DNA of 44,335 bases, from positions 68,256 through 112,590 of the forward strand of contig JAADIO010000022.1 of the NCBI GenBank assembly GCA_013151235.1, given 5' to 3'. Positions 1 through 9,914 of this stretch are shown here, one piece after another. The notes under the pieces are model-generated. The model did not search any database. It saw only the letters and a program-made list of their open reading frames with translations, and was not told where the DNA came from. The DNA comes from Deltaproteobacteria bacterium. Its GTDB lineage: Bacteria; CG2-30-53-67. The position numbers and the translations under genes are program-made. Each line of letters opens with the position of its first letter. Position 1 is the stretch's first letter.

Positions 1-135
1 GACCAGAGCGTCCGTCATAATTCCTGAAGCCTTTCCCACATTCACCCGGACGGTCTCCACCCCGGAATAGCCCTGTTCATGACAGGTGGCATCGACAAGT
101 TCAAGGATGTTCCTGGCGATAGAGAGTTCGTGCAC
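1..135 (-). CDS. hypA: Hydrogenase maturation nickel metallochaperone HypA (N-terminal part; runs off the window start)
   Basis: Manual translation from GTG at 135 gives MHELSIARNILELVDATCHEQGYSGVETVRVNVGKASGIMTDALV, with the MHE Ni-binding start. AGGAG RBS upstream. Not in the ORF track. Confidence 0.92.
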   Translation of the reverse strand, partial: MHELSIARNILELVDATCHEQGYSGVETVRVNVGKASGIMTDALV

Positions 136-510
136 GGCAAGTCTCCTGAAAACGATGGAGCGCCTTCTTCATCCGGAAGAATACCGTTCATGAGTTTGAG
201 TGATGCCGGGGCGGCATCACAGTCCACAGTCAAAGGGCAAACCCGACATGGACGAGTCAGCCGTCACCGAATAGGCCTATATTAACATGTTTCCTCGTTG
301 CTTCAATAGACAAAATCCCCTGTAGCCCGGATAAGGACCGGAAAGCTGATGGAAATAGACGGATGACGCTCAACTTTTTTCCATTATTACCGATAAAGGA
401 TAAAAGCCATCACGAACTACCCGAACAGCCGTTTCACAAATCATTGAAGACGATGATATCGTTAACATATCATCCATAGCAAACCGGCTCTTTTGTAATG
501 GAGACTTTCC

Positions 511-1554
511 ATGATCTATAAAGTGATCACCAAGAGTGAATTCAGGAAGTTTGTGTCCGGACTGATCCGCGAGAACCAGACGATCGGACCCAAGCTTGTG
601 GATTCCGACAGAGAGGGCAACCCCATCTATCAATTCAAAGAAGTTAATTCCTTTGACGAGATGGACCTGGATTACACACAGGCCGACTACTCGATCAAAA
701 ATTTTTATCTCCCCTTCCGGGAAGAGCTTTCCCGGTTCGATTATTCCAACAGCGACTGGGAGCAGAACATCGAATACCACGTGCATCCCAGGGTGATCGT
801 CGGGGTGCGGGCCTGTGACATTAACGCCCTGACCAAGCTCGACAAGATATTCATGAAGGGGAACTTCCCGTCCCCCCATTATATTGCCCGCAGGAAGAAC
901 ACCTTTTTAATCGGCATGGACCATGAACCTCTGGACGACTGTTTCTGTAAATCGCTGAACCAGGATGTGGTGCGGCACGGTTTTAATCTCTACTGCACGG
1001 ACATCGGAAAAAGCTATTATCTGACAATCAACTCCTCCAAGGCCTTCAACTTTCTGCGGAATGTAAAGACCTCGGATCCCGGGAAGGAAGACGACAGGAA
1101 ATATATTGAACGGCGGAAGTATTTGAAGAAAAAATTTCGCACCCATGTAGAGGTGACCGGGCTTCCCGCCCTCATGGACATCGAGTTTCAATCGGACGTC
1201 TGGAAAAAATGGGGGGACAAGTGCTTGAATTGCGGTTCCTGTGCCATGGTCTGTCCCACCTGTTACTGCCACGGCGTTGAGGAAAACATTGAGGTAAATC
1301 TGAAACGATCACGCAAGGAAAGAGTGCAGTACTCCTGCAGTATCGTGGATTTTGCCGAAGTCGCGGGAGGGCACAATTTCAGGCCCCTGAAAGAGGATCG
1401 TCTCAAGTACAGGTTTTATCATCACTACAGAGGGTTTGCCGAGAACGCAGACGAGCAGATTTGTGTGGGCTGTAACCGGTGCGGCCGTGCCTGTCTGGCC
1501 GGCATCAACCCCAGGGATGTCATCAACGACCTGAGAATGGAGAGCGAAGAATGA
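511..1554 (+). CDS. Group 3b NiFe (sulf)hydrogenase beta subunit (HydB/AsrA-like, 4Fe-4S dicluster)
   Basis: [16 protein letters not shown] and [11 protein letters not shown] motifs, GGHNFR; first gene of the four-gene operon. Confidence 0.9.
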   Translation: MIYKVITKSEFRKFVSGLIRENQTIGPKLVDSDREGNPIYQFKEVNSFDEMDLDYTQADYSIKNFYLPFREELSRFDYSNSDWEQNIEYHVHPRVIVGVRACDINALTKLDKIFMKGNFPSPHYIARRKNTFLIGMDHEPLDDCFCKSLNQDVVRHGFNLYCTDIGKSYYLTINSSKAFNFLRNVKTSDPGKEDDRKYIERRKYLKKKFRTHVEVTGLPALMDIEFQSDVWKKWGDKCLNCGSCAMVCPTCYCHGVEENIEVNLKRSRKERVQYSCSIVDFAEVAGGHNFRPLKEDRLKYRFYHHYRGFAENADEQICVGCNRCGRACLAGINPRDVINDLRMESEE

Positions 1555-2459
1555 GCTACAAAATCAAGAAGGAAGATATCAATCTTGAACCCTTTATGAC
1601 CCAACCGCCCCAGTACAATCTCAAAACCGTTGTCATGAAAACGGACAAGGTTTATAAATGCGAGATCATTAACATGATCGAGCTAACGCCCATGGAAAAA
1701 CTTTTTCATCTCAGGATTCTCGATCCTGCCGAACGTGACCTCTTCTCTTTCAGGGCCGGCCAGTTTGTCATGGTCGAGGTCCCCGGCTTCGGCGAGGTCC
1801 CGATCTCCCTCTCGAGTTCTCCAAACAACCGGGAGTTCATGGAACTCTGTATACGAAAAGCGGGGCAGACCACCAACATGCTCCATAAAGCACGGATCGG
1901 ATCCAGGGTCGGCATTCGCGGTCCTTTCGGCACGGCATTCCCCATGGAACAGATGGTCGGGCACAATCTTCTTTTGATCGCAGGCGGACTCGGTCTCGCC
2001 CCTCTCCGGGCTCCGATCTATTGGGTCACGGACCACCGTTCCGATTACCGGGATGTTCATATCCTTTACGGAACCAAGGAGCCCTGGCAGATGCTTTTCA
2101 CCTATCAGTATGAAGAGTGGGAACGGATTAATCATATCCGGATGCTGACGATCGTGGAAAAGGGGGATGAGAACTGGAAAGGCAACACGGGAATGATCAC
2201 CGAACTTTTCAACGACATCACCATTGACCCTGCAAACACCTATGCCATTGTCTGCGGTCCACCGGTCATGTTTAAGTTCGTCTGCAACCACATGGACAAC
2301 CTGGGCATCCCCATGAATCACATGTTTGTCTCCCTGGAACGGAGAATGCACTGCGGTATGGGAAAATGCTGTCGCTGCATGGTGGGGTCCACCTTTACCT
2401 GTGTGGACGGGCCGGTTTTTGATTACTGGTCCGTCATGAATTTAAAAGAAGCCATTTAA
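1551..2459 (+). CDS. Group 3b hydrogenase gamma subunit (FAD/NAD(P)-binding, 2Fe-2S)
   Basis: [38 protein letters not shown]...CVDGPVF; ATG at 1551 overlaps the upstream TGA. Confidence 0.9.
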   Translation: MSYKIKKEDINLEPFMTQPPQYNLKTVVMKTDKVYKCEIINMIELTPMEKLFHLRILDPAERDLFSFRAGQFVMVEVPGFGEVPISLSSSPNNREFMELCIRKAGQTTNMLHKARIGSRVGIRGPFGTAFPMEQMVGHNLLLIAGGLGLAPLRAPIYWVTDHRSDYRDVHILYGTKEPWQMLFTYQYEEWERINHIRMLTIVEKGDENWKGNTGMITELFNDITIDPANTYAIVCGPPVMFKFVCNHMDNLGIPMNHMFVSLERRMHCGMGKCCRCMVGSTFTCVDGPVFDYWSVMNLKEAI

Positions 2460-2470
2460 GGAGGCCGGTC

Positions 2471-3292
2471 TTGAAGTATCTCGGAATCGATATTGTCAAA
2501 CCCAGGCTCGCAGTTTTTGATTTTACGGGTTGTGAGGGATGTGAACTTCAGTTGGTCAACAAGGAAGAAACATTAGTCGACTTCCTGTCCCTTTTCGAAG
2601 TCGTCAATTTCAGGGAAGCCTCATCGGACAAAAGCGATGCGTACGATATTGCTTTAATTGAAGGATGCATTTCCAGACAGGATGAAGTGGAACGCTTAAA
2701 AGCGATCCGGGGCCGGGTCAAAATCCTGGTTGCGCTGGGCTCCTGCGCTTGTTGCGGCGGGGTGAATCATCTCAAGAACGGATTCCCGATAGAGGATGTT
2801 GTCCGGCAGGTCTACGGAGACCGGAAGATCGAAACCGAAAAAGTCAGGAGCCTCAAAGAGGTGGTACAGGTGGACCTGGAAATTCCGGGATGTCCGGTAT
2901 CCAAGGCGGAGGTAGAGAGAATCGTCATCGCTCTGGTCACCGGGGCGGAGATCCGGATGCCCAAATATCCGGTTTGCGTGGAGTGCCGGCAGCAACTCAA
3001 CACCTGCCTGTTCGATTTCGGGGAGATATGTTTGGGGCCGATCACACTTGCAGGATGCGGAGCGGTCTGTCCCTCGGGCAAGGTCGGCTGCCGGGGCTGC
3101 CGCGGTCCCGCAGATGATGCAAATTATGAATCGTTTATCGATGTAGTTGTCGACAAGGGCTTTACTGAAGCTGAGATCCGAAAAAAGATCGAGTTCTTCA
3201 ATGCCTTCGAAGGACCGGCAAAAGATACTATCGCCTCCTTGATCCAGAAGAGAATCAAAACATTTAACGCATTCAGCGGGGTAAGAGCATGA
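2471..3292 (+). CDS. Group 3b hydrogenase delta (small) subunit
   Basis: CEGC, GSCA, IPGCP, VCVEC, CLGPIT..GC...CP...GCRGCRG; TTG start after AGGGAGG. Confidence 0.9.
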   Translation: MKYLGIDIVKPRLAVFDFTGCEGCELQLVNKEETLVDFLSLFEVVNFREASSDKSDAYDIALIEGCISRQDEVERLKAIRGRVKILVALGSCACCGGVNHLKNGFPIEDVVRQVYGDRKIETEKVRSLKEVVQVDLEIPGCPVSKAEVERIVIALVTGAEIRMPKYPVCVECRQQLNTCLFDFGEICLGPITLAGCGAVCPSGKVGCRGCRGPADDANYESFIDVVVDKGFTEAEIRKKIEFFNAFEGPAKDTIASLIQKRIKTFNAFSGVRA

Positions 3293-4563
3293 AAGTGAAT
3301 ATGAACATCGATGTTCATCATGTGACACGAGTCGAGGGTCACGGGAATATCCGGATTGAGGTGCAAGACGGTCGTCTTGTGGAGGCAAAATGGGAAGTCG
3401 TTGAAACACCTCGTTTTTTTGAAGCCATTCTCAAAGGGATGCCCCATGACAACGCTCCCACCCTGACTTCAAGAATATGCGGGATCTGTTCCATCGGCCA
3501 CACATTGGCATCGCTCAGGGCGGTGGAGCGTGCGATGGATGTCGAGGTCCCGGCGACCGCGCAGAAACTCAGGCTTCTGGCCAAACATGGCGAGACGCTG
3601 CAGAGCCATTTTCTACACCTCCTCTTTCTGGTGGCGCCGGACTTCCTGAATGTGGGGAGTGTCATTCCGTTGGTGGATTCCCATCCCGACCTGGTGGCCA
3701 AAGCTGCGAGACTCAAGGGTATGGCCAATTCCATGTGTGACCTCATTGCAGGCCGCACCACCCATCCGGTGAGTCTGGTAGTGGGTGGGGTGAGCAAGGC
3801 CCCGGATAAGCGGCAGTTGGCGGAACTCAAAAAGACCATGGAAGACCGGATGAGGGACGCCGCAGACGTGCTGGAGCTTTTCAAGACGCTGGCCCTTCCT
3901 GACTTTGAAAGAGAGACCGAGTTTGTCTCCTTGAAGGGTGACAAAACCTATCCCTGGATCGGCGGGGACCTGGTCTCCTCGGACGGCGTCATCAAGCCTG
4001 AAGATCAATATCTGGCGATGAGCAATGAGTATCAGGTCAATTTTTCCACATCGAAATTCACAAAACTGAGCCGAGACAGCTTTGCCGTGGGGGCGCTGGC
4101 CCGCCTCAACAACAATTACGATCTCCTTCACGGCAAGGCAAAAGAGGTTGCGGAAACCCTGGGTTTGGAGCCGATGAACTACAACCCATACATGAACAAC
4201 ATCGCGCAACTTGTGGAGTGCTTTCATGCTCTTGCCGAGTCCCTGGACCTTATCGACGAAATGCTGGACGGCGGCATGAACGACCTTCGCCGCCGCTATG
4301 AGGTGCAGGCCGGAGTCGGCATTGGTGCGGTGGAGGTGCCCAGGGGAATACTTTATCATCACTATAACATCGACGAAAAGGGAATGATCACCCATGCCAA
4401 CTGTATCATTCCAACCACGCAGAACAATGCAAACATCCACTACGACCTTGCCGAACTAGTCAAACAGGAAGTGAAAAAAGGCTCAGACGATCAGGAGGTG
4501 AGAAAACTCTGCGAGATGCTCGTGCGGGCCTATGACCCCTGCATCTCCTGTTCCGTTCACTAA
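3289..4563 (+). CDS. Group 3b NiFe hydrogenase alpha (large) subunit
   Basis: TRVEGHG, L1 motif RICGIC, VEVPRG, L2 motif [12 protein letters not shown]. Confidence 0.95.
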   Translation: MKVNMNIDVHHVTRVEGHGNIRIEVQDGRLVEAKWEVVETPRFFEAILKGMPHDNAPTLTSRICGICSIGHTLASLRAVERAMDVEVPATAQKLRLLAKHGETLQSHFLHLLFLVAPDFLNVGSVIPLVDSHPDLVAKAARLKGMANSMCDLIAGRTTHPVSLVVGGVSKAPDKRQLAELKKTMEDRMRDAADVLELFKTLALPDFERETEFVSLKGDKTYPWIGGDLVSSDGVIKPEDQYLAMSNEYQVNFSTSKFTKLSRDSFAVGALARLNNNYDLLHGKAKEVAETLGLEPMNYNPYMNNIAQLVECFHALAESLDLIDEMLDGGMNDLRRRYEVQAGVGIGAVEVPRGILYHHYNIDEKGMITHANCIIPTTQNNANIHYDLAELVKQEVKKGSDDQEVRKLCEMLVRAYDPCISCSVH

Positions 4564-4600
4564 TTCGTTTCTTGAAACTGACACAGCGAAGGGAAGGATA

Positions 4601-4629
4601 GCCTCCCTGCGGCAATACCGCAGGGAGGC
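4601..4629. terminator. Hairpin between convergent hydrogenase and rubrerythrin genes
   Basis: Perfect 12-bp inverted repeat gcctccctgcgg-caata-ccgcagggaggc. Confidence 0.7.
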
Positions 4630-4648
4630 ATGGGGTAGTTGGGGGGTA

Positions 4649-5071
4649 TTACACGAAGTATCTTTTCAGTAGCCCTTCCAGGGAGCGGGCGTGCCGTCCT
4701 TCATCCCGGGAGGATTCATCGAAGAAGTCATGGGCCGGGTCGATATTGTTCTCCTTGGCCAGGACTGCGGCTTTGCGCTTTCCCTTGTTGGCCATCTGCT
4801 CCCCTTTCAGCATCTTCTCGATATTTTCCTTCGTCGATTCGGAAATCAATCCATTTAATTCGGCAAATTGCGCCGCATGGCCCGCCTCGTCCATGGCGAT
4901 CTCCCGGAGGGAAACGGCCACCTCGGGATAACCTTCCCGCTGGGCCTGTCGGGCCATGGCGAGATAAAGCCCGACTTCGGCGGTCTCTCCCTTGAAATTC
5001 GCCATTACATCCTCTTCCACTACGGTACCTTTGGCAACCCCGATCGTGTGTTCATTGACCAATTCGCTCAT
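4649..5071 (-). CDS. Short rubrerythrin / ferritin-like di-iron protein without a rubredoxin domain
   Basis: [33 protein letters not shown] and DEGRHA (ExxH pairs); ATG at 5071 after GGGAG. Confidence 0.85.
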   Translation of the reverse strand: MSELVNEHTIGVAKGTVVEEDVMANFKGETAEVGLYLAMARQAQREGYPEVAVSLREIAMDEAGHAAQFAELNGLISESTKENIEKMLKGEQMANKGKRKAAVLAKENNIDPAHDFFDESSRDEGRHARSLEGLLKRYFV

Positions 5072-5147
5072 TTTTTCTCTCCCTTTAATGATAAAAACAG
5101 TTGCAATGAATGATAAAAAAATTTTTCCCTCCTCGTCATCACCTCCT

Positions 5148-5582
5148 TTACTTTCGGTTTTGATGGTTTCCCGAACCCCGGCAGTCCGCACAGCGTCCAT
5201 AGTAGGAAATCCTGTACCCGGTGAATTCGAAATTCCCGTTCCCTTCCGGAACAGGCAGGACCGTCTCGTCCATCACATCTTCCACGGTCCCGCAGGAGGT
5301 ACAGACCGCATGGGAATGGGGCGTCGTCTCCGGATCGTAATGCCGCCGGTCGCCCGCCAGGTGAAGTTCCATAAGCGCTCCGTCCTCCTTCAGGATCTTC
5401 AAGGTCTGGTAAACCGTCGCCAGGGTCAGGGTCGGATGCCGGGCCACAAGGAGACGGTAGAGATCCTCCGCCGTCGGATGTGCGATATTCCCTTCGAGGG
5501 CCTTGAAGATCGCCAGCCGCTGAGGTGTCACCCGGCGCCCCTTCTCACGGAAATCATTTATTAAATCAACTACTTTCAACAT
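5148..5582 (-). CDS. Fur family regulator, PerR-like
   Basis: [34 protein letters not shown] and CADC; lies upstream of the rubrerythrin. Confidence 0.88.
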   Translation of the reverse strand: MLKVVDLINDFREKGRRVTPQRLAIFKALEGNIAHPTAEDLYRLLVARHPTLTLATVYQTLKILKEDGALMELHLAGDRRHYDPETTPHSHAVCTSCGTVEDVMDETVLPVPEGNGNFEFTGYRISYYGRCADCRGSGNHQNRK

Positions 5583-5626
5583 AATCAAAAAACTCTCTTT
5601 ATTAATAACGTTTCATGATTAATTGA

Positions 5627-5655
5627 ATCATACCAGTCGCGTTTTTGATTGTCAA
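5627..5655 (-). promoter_or_regulatory. Sigma70 promoter of the perR-rubrerythrin unit
   Basis: TTGACA-17 nt-TATGAT on the minus strand. Confidence 0.65.
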
Positions 5656-5657
5656 GC

Positions 5658-5680
5658 AAAATAATTATGATAATAATTTT
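5658..5680. promoter_or_regulatory. Putative Fur/Per box
   Basis: Near-palindromic AT-rich aaaataattatgataataatttt next to the -35 of the Fur-family gene. Confidence 0.5.
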
Positions 5681-5731
5681 AGTACTGTATAGATCTATTG
5701 TTTTGAAAAGATTGATTTTTCCTTCTCACCA

Positions 5732-5760
5732 TTGACAGGAAGAGAACCATTTGATACAAA
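5732..5760 (+). promoter_or_regulatory. Putative sigma70 promoter of pfk
   Basis: TTGACA-17 nt-TACAAA. Confidence 0.45.
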
Positions 5761-5764
5761 CAGA

Positions 5765-5988
5765 CTAACGGCTCAGGTCGCCTCTCTTTTTCCGCATGAC
5801 TGGTTACGCCTTCGGCGTGCCCCGCCTTAGATTTATCTTTGCCGCTTTCAGCGGCTCTGATGAATAAGGGATCTTGGATCTTGGGGTGTTGCGGTGCTCA
5901 AATCCTCAACGTATGAACCTATGCGCCTCCGGTTTTGCGCTCCTAACGCCTTGTCCTGCAACAAAATAGAAGTAACCTGAACCGTTAC
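5765..5988. mobile_element. MITE-like non-autonomous element (family A)
   Basis: Imperfect ~25-bp terminal inverted repeats (taacggctcaggt... / ...acctgaaccgtta), flanked by the 8-bp direct repeat caaacaga (5757-5764 and 5989-5996); no ORF. Confidence 0.75.
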
Positions 5989-6045
5989 CAAACAGAAAAT
6001 ATTTCGCTGTAAATTTCGTAATGAGCATTATAGGAGGGCTGAAAG

Positions 6046-7275
6046 ATGGCTGAAAAAGTCGCAATCGTCGTAGGCGGCGGTCCGGCTCCGGGAATCAACG
6101 GAGTGATCGGTGCCGTTGCCATTGAAGCGATCAATCAGGGCAGAGAGGCGATCGGGATCATGGACGGGTTCAAATGGCTCTCGAAGGGGGACGCAAGCCA
6201 CACCGTTTCCCTGAACCTGGGTCATGTTTCGCGTATCCACCTGAAGGGCGGATCGATCCTTCGGACCTCCCGGGAAAACCCCACGAAGAGTCCGGAAAAG
6301 ATGGCCAATGTCGTTCGTGCTCTCACCGAACTCGGCGTCCGTTACCTCGTGACCATCGGCGGCGACGACACGGCCTATACCTCCAGCCGGGTGGAAAAGG
6401 CGGCCGAAGGAAAGATCTCCGTCTGCCATGTCCCCAAGACCATCGACAACGATCTGCCGTTACCGCCTGGGGTCCCGACCTTCGGCTATGAAACCGCCCG
6501 GGAGGTCGGCGCCAATCTGGTCGCAAATTTGATGGAGGATGCCAGGACCGCCGCACGATGGTACTTCGTGATCGCCATGGGAAGATCCGCAGGACACCTC
6601 GCCCTCGGCATGGGAACGGGTGCAGGCGCCACGATGACCCTCATCCCCGAAGAGCTGGGTGAAAAATTTTCTCTCCGGCGGGTTCTCAATATCCTGGAAG
6701 GCGCCATCATCAAACGGCTCTCCCAGGGGAAGGACCACGGCGTGGCCGTCATCGCCGAAGGGGTGGCGGCCCGGCTTGATCCGGAGTCCTGTTCCTTCGT
6801 CAAGGACGCCCCCCGCGACGAGCACGGAAATATCCGCTTGGCCGAGATCCCCTTCGGAACGGTTCTTAAAAACGAAGTGGGCAAGGAGTTGAAAGAGATG
6901 GGGGTCAAGATGACGATCGTGGCCAAGGATATCGGCTACGAACTCCGATGCAGCCCGCCAACGGCCTTCGACCGCCAGTATACAAGAAATCTGGGATACA
7001 GCGCCATTCGTTTCCTCCTCGACGGAGGCTCGGGCGCCATGGTCCTCTTCAAGGACGGCAAGACCGCTCCGATCCCCTTTGCCGAGATTACCGATCCCGC
7101 AACCGGGAAGACCCGAATCCGCACGGCCGATATCAATTCCGAGATCTATCAGACGGCCCGGCGCTACATGATTCGCCTCAATCCCGAGGACTTTGAAGGG
7201 GAGACCCTGACCCGTCTGGCGGAGACGGCAAAGATGAGCCCCGGGGAATTCACGAAACGGTTCAGTGAAATCTAA
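6046..7275 (+). CDS. pfp: Pyrophosphate-dependent-type 6-phosphofructokinase
   Basis: GGGPAPGIN, GGDDT (Asp), PKTIDND (Lys), MGRSAG, GYELR; the Asp/Lys pair typifies PPi-PFK. Confidence 0.85.
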   Translation: MAEKVAIVVGGGPAPGINGVIGAVAIEAINQGREAIGIMDGFKWLSKGDASHTVSLNLGHVSRIHLKGGSILRTSRENPTKSPEKMANVVRALTELGVRYLVTIGGDDTAYTSSRVEKAAEGKISVCHVPKTIDNDLPLPPGVPTFGYETAREVGANLVANLMEDARTAARWYFVIAMGRSAGHLALGMGTGAGATMTLIPEELGEKFSLRRVLNILEGAIIKRLSQGKDHGVAVIAEGVAARLDPESCSFVKDAPRDEHGNIRLAEIPFGTVLKNEVGKELKEMGVKMTIVAKDIGYELRCSPPTAFDRQYTRNLGYSAIRFLLDGGSGAMVLFKDGKTAPIPFAEITDPATGKTRIRTADINSEIYQTARRYMIRLNPEDFEGETLTRLAETAKMSPGEFTKRFSEI

Positions 7276-7302
7276 AGGATAGAATAACCTGCATGGATGA
7301 AG

Positions 7303-7337
7303 AAGAGGGAGGCCCGGCAATCCAGGCCTCCCTCTTT
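7303..7337 (+). terminator. Intrinsic terminator after pfk
   Basis: aagagggaggcc...ggcctccctcttt inverted repeat. Confidence 0.65.
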
Positions 7338-7470
7338 GATGAAGTCGTAAAAAGTCCGTTCGACCCTTCGACATGCTCAGGGCGAACGGTGTAAGTGATT
7401 GATATTCCGTTCGTGGTGAGCTTGTCGAACCATGAACGGAATCCGGAAAACGACTTTTTACGACCTTTAA
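7338..7470. mobile_element. MITE/REP-like element (family B), copy 1
   Basis: gatgaagtcgtaaaaagtc ... gactttttacgac terminal inverted repeats; interior nearly identical to the copies at 40103 and 44119. Confidence 0.8.
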
Positions 7471-7523
7471 ATTCCGGATGAAAAATCGACTACGTTCCAC
7501 AGGTAAGATTTCACGGAGCCGCC

Positions 7524-8477
7524 ATGACCTTCCTCTTCCTCTTTGCATTGTTCGTCCTCGGCCTGTTTCTGATGGTCTACGGCGCCGATCGGCTGGTGGA
7601 GGGAGGCTCCGCCATCGCAGTGCACTTCAGGATCTCTCCCCTCGTCATCGGGTTAACCATCGTCTCCTTCGGGACCTCCTTCCCGGAATTCGCCGCCAGC
7701 CTCGTCGGCGCCCTCCACGGAAAGACCGATCTGGCCATGGGCAATGTCATCGGGAGCAATATCTGCAATTTGGGACTGGTTCTCGGCGCGGCGGCCCTGA
7801 CCCGCCCGATCCGGGTCCGGGGAAGCCTGATCAGAAAGGAGATCCCCTTCCTGCTGCTGATTTCCGCCATCACATGGTGGATGGCCCGGGATCACCGGAT
7901 CGGCAGAGGAGAAGGCCTCTTTTTCGTTGTTCTTTTTGTTCTGTTTGTCTATTACTGCATCCGCACCGCCCGGCAACGGGGCGATGCCTTGCCGCCGGGG
8001 CTGCCTCCCGGCAAGTTCATCTCACTCCCCCGGAGCTTTGGCGCACTCACCTTCGGTCTACTGCTCCTTTTTTTCGGCGCGGACCTGACGATCCGGGCGG
8101 CCGTCTCTATTTCGGGAAGGATGGGGATCTCTCAGGCCGTGATCGGTCTCACCGTCGTCGCACTGGGGACCTCACTACCGGAACTGGTAACCAGCGTCAT
8201 GGCCCTCCGGAAGGGGGAAGGGGATATCGGCCTCGGAAACGTTCTGGGGAGTAATATCTTCAATCTCCTCTTTGTGCTGGGAGTCACGGCAACGGTCCAT
8301 CCCATCCCCTCCTCTCCTCAGTTCTTCCGCTTCGACATCCCCGTTATGCTTGCATTCACGGTCCTTCTGATTCCCTTTGCCGGAAGCCGACTTCAAATCA
8401 GCCGAAGAGAAGGAGGACTCCTCCTTGCCGCTTACTGCGGGTACATCCTCTACCTCGGCCTCCATCACATTCTTTGA
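7524..8477 (+). CDS. Ca2+/Na+ antiporter (YrbG/CaCA family)
   Basis: Two alpha repeats, GTSFPE...GNVIGSNICN and GTSLPE...GNVLGSNIFN; multiple TM segments. Confidence 0.9.
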   Translation: MTFLFLFALFVLGLFLMVYGADRLVEGGSAIAVHFRISPLVIGLTIVSFGTSFPEFAASLVGALHGKTDLAMGNVIGSNICNLGLVLGAAALTRPIRVRGSLIRKEIPFLLLISAITWWMARDHRIGRGEGLFFVVLFVLFVYYCIRTARQRGDALPPGLPPGKFISLPRSFGALTFGLLLLFFGADLTIRAAVSISGRMGISQAVIGLTVVALGTSLPELVTSVMALRKGEGDIGLGNVLGSNIFNLLFVLGVTATVHPIPSSPQFFRFDIPVMLAFTVLLIPFAGSRLQISRREGGLLLAAYCGYILYLGLHHIL

Positions 8478-8529
8478 ACATGTTTCAGGCAAAGCCAACG
8501 GTTCTCCGACCCGGCCCGGAAGACCGGGT

Positions 8530-9861
8530 TCACTTCGTCGCAAAGGCCGGTTTGATCTTCTCAAAGACCCTCCAGGCCTTCAAAAGGTCGACGGCCTGCT
8601 GAAGCTGGTAATCCTGGGGGCTCTTCTTTTCCGCCTCAGGGCCTTCCTCCGCGGAAGGGCTGGATTCCTTTTTCTTTGCCGGAGGGGCCGCCTTCACATC
8701 CGGATTGTCAAGGTGGTTCTTCAAGTCCGCCTCCTTGATATGATGGAATTCGTCCGGCGCCGCTTTGACAATGACATTTTCTTCCACCACGATATCGGGT
8801 GTAATTCCCACATTCTGGATCGATTTGTCTCTGGGCGTGTAATACTTGGCTGTCGTCAACCGCAGACCGGAACCGTCACTCAAGGGCACGACGGTCTGGA
8901 CCGACCCCTTGCCGAAGCTCTGGGTCCCCATAATAATGGCCCGCCCCCAATCCTGCAACGCACCGGCCGTAATCTCACTGGCGCTGGCGCTCCCGCCGTT
9001 GATCAGAACCACCATCGGAAGCCGGGGATAATCAAAGGCCCCCCTCACTTTGTAGTCGTGACGCCCCTGCGCCCGTCCCTTGGTATAGACCACCAAGGTT
9101 CCCTTCGGTAGGAACTTCCCACAAACTTTGACAGCCTCATCAAGGAGCCCGCCCGGGTTATTCCGCAGGTCAAGGATCAGGCCGTGAATTTTCTCCTCCT
9201 TCAGGAGCTTCTGCATCCCGTTTCCGATCTCCTTCCCGCTGTCCTGCTGAAACTGGGAAAGACGGAGGTACCCGATTCCTCCTTCAAGGAGTTTATATTT
9301 CACGCTTTTAACCTTGATCACGGCCCGGGTAATCTTGAACTTCTTCGGCCTTTTGAATTCCTTTCGCATGATCGTCAGCGTCACCCGGGTTCCCGGTTTT
9401 CCGCGCATCAGCTTCACGGCATCCATCAGGCTCAGATCCTTCGTCCACTCGTCATCCACTTTCAGGATCACGTCCCCCGCCTTGAGCCCGACCCGGTCTC
9501 CCGGGGTGTCCTCAATCGGGGCAATGATTGTCAACTGCTTGTCCCGAATGGAGATCTGTATCCCGATACCCCCGAACTTGCCCCGGGTATCAACCTGCAG
9601 CTCCTTGTAGGTGTCGGGCTCCATGAAGCTGGAATGAGGATCGAGGGCATTGAGCATCCCCTTAATAGCCCCATAGACCAGTTTTTTGGTATCCACCTTC
9701 TCCACATAGTTCTGCTGAACCATGTGGAGAACCTCGGAAAAAATGTTCAACTGCTCGTAGGTTTCCCCCTTGGCCTGTACCCCACTTTCGTGGGTCACAC
9801 CAACGACAACCAGGATAAAAAGGGACAGAAACAGGGTCCATGCAAATGACTTTCTTTTCAT
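8530..9861 (-). CDS. ctpA: Carboxyl-terminal processing protease (S41, PDZ)
   Basis: LDPHS, GIGIQI PDZ, DLRNNPGG, SASASEI, FGKGSVQ; signal peptide; ATG at 9861 after GGAGG. Confidence 0.92.
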   Translation of the reverse strand: MKRKSFAWTLFLSLFILVVVGVTHESGVQAKGETYEQLNIFSEVLHMVQQNYVEKVDTKKLVYGAIKGMLNALDPHSSFMEPDTYKELQVDTRGKFGGIGIQISIRDKQLTIIAPIEDTPGDRVGLKAGDVILKVDDEWTKDLSLMDAVKLMRGKPGTRVTLTIMRKEFKRPKKFKITRAVIKVKSVKYKLLEGGIGYLRLSQFQQDSGKEIGNGMQKLLKEEKIHGLILDLRNNPGGLLDEAVKVCGKFLPKGTLVVYTKGRAQGRHDYKVRGAFDYPRLPMVVLINGGSASASEITAGALQDWGRAIIMGTQSFGKGSVQTVVPLSDGSGLRLTTAKYYTPRDKSIQNVGITPDIVVEENVIVKAAPDEFHHIKEADLKNHLDNPDVKAAPPAKKKESSPSAEEGPEAEKKSPQDYQLQQAVDLLKAWRVFEKIKPAFATK

Positions 9862-9914
9862 GAATGAAACCTCCAAAGGTAAGAGAACTTCTTTGACGGA
9901 AAACCGTAAAAAAA

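Noticed and set aside
6460..7548. 362-aa antisense ORF over pfk and the repeat
   Set aside because: Shadow ORF of a GC-rich coding strand; no recognisable motifs.
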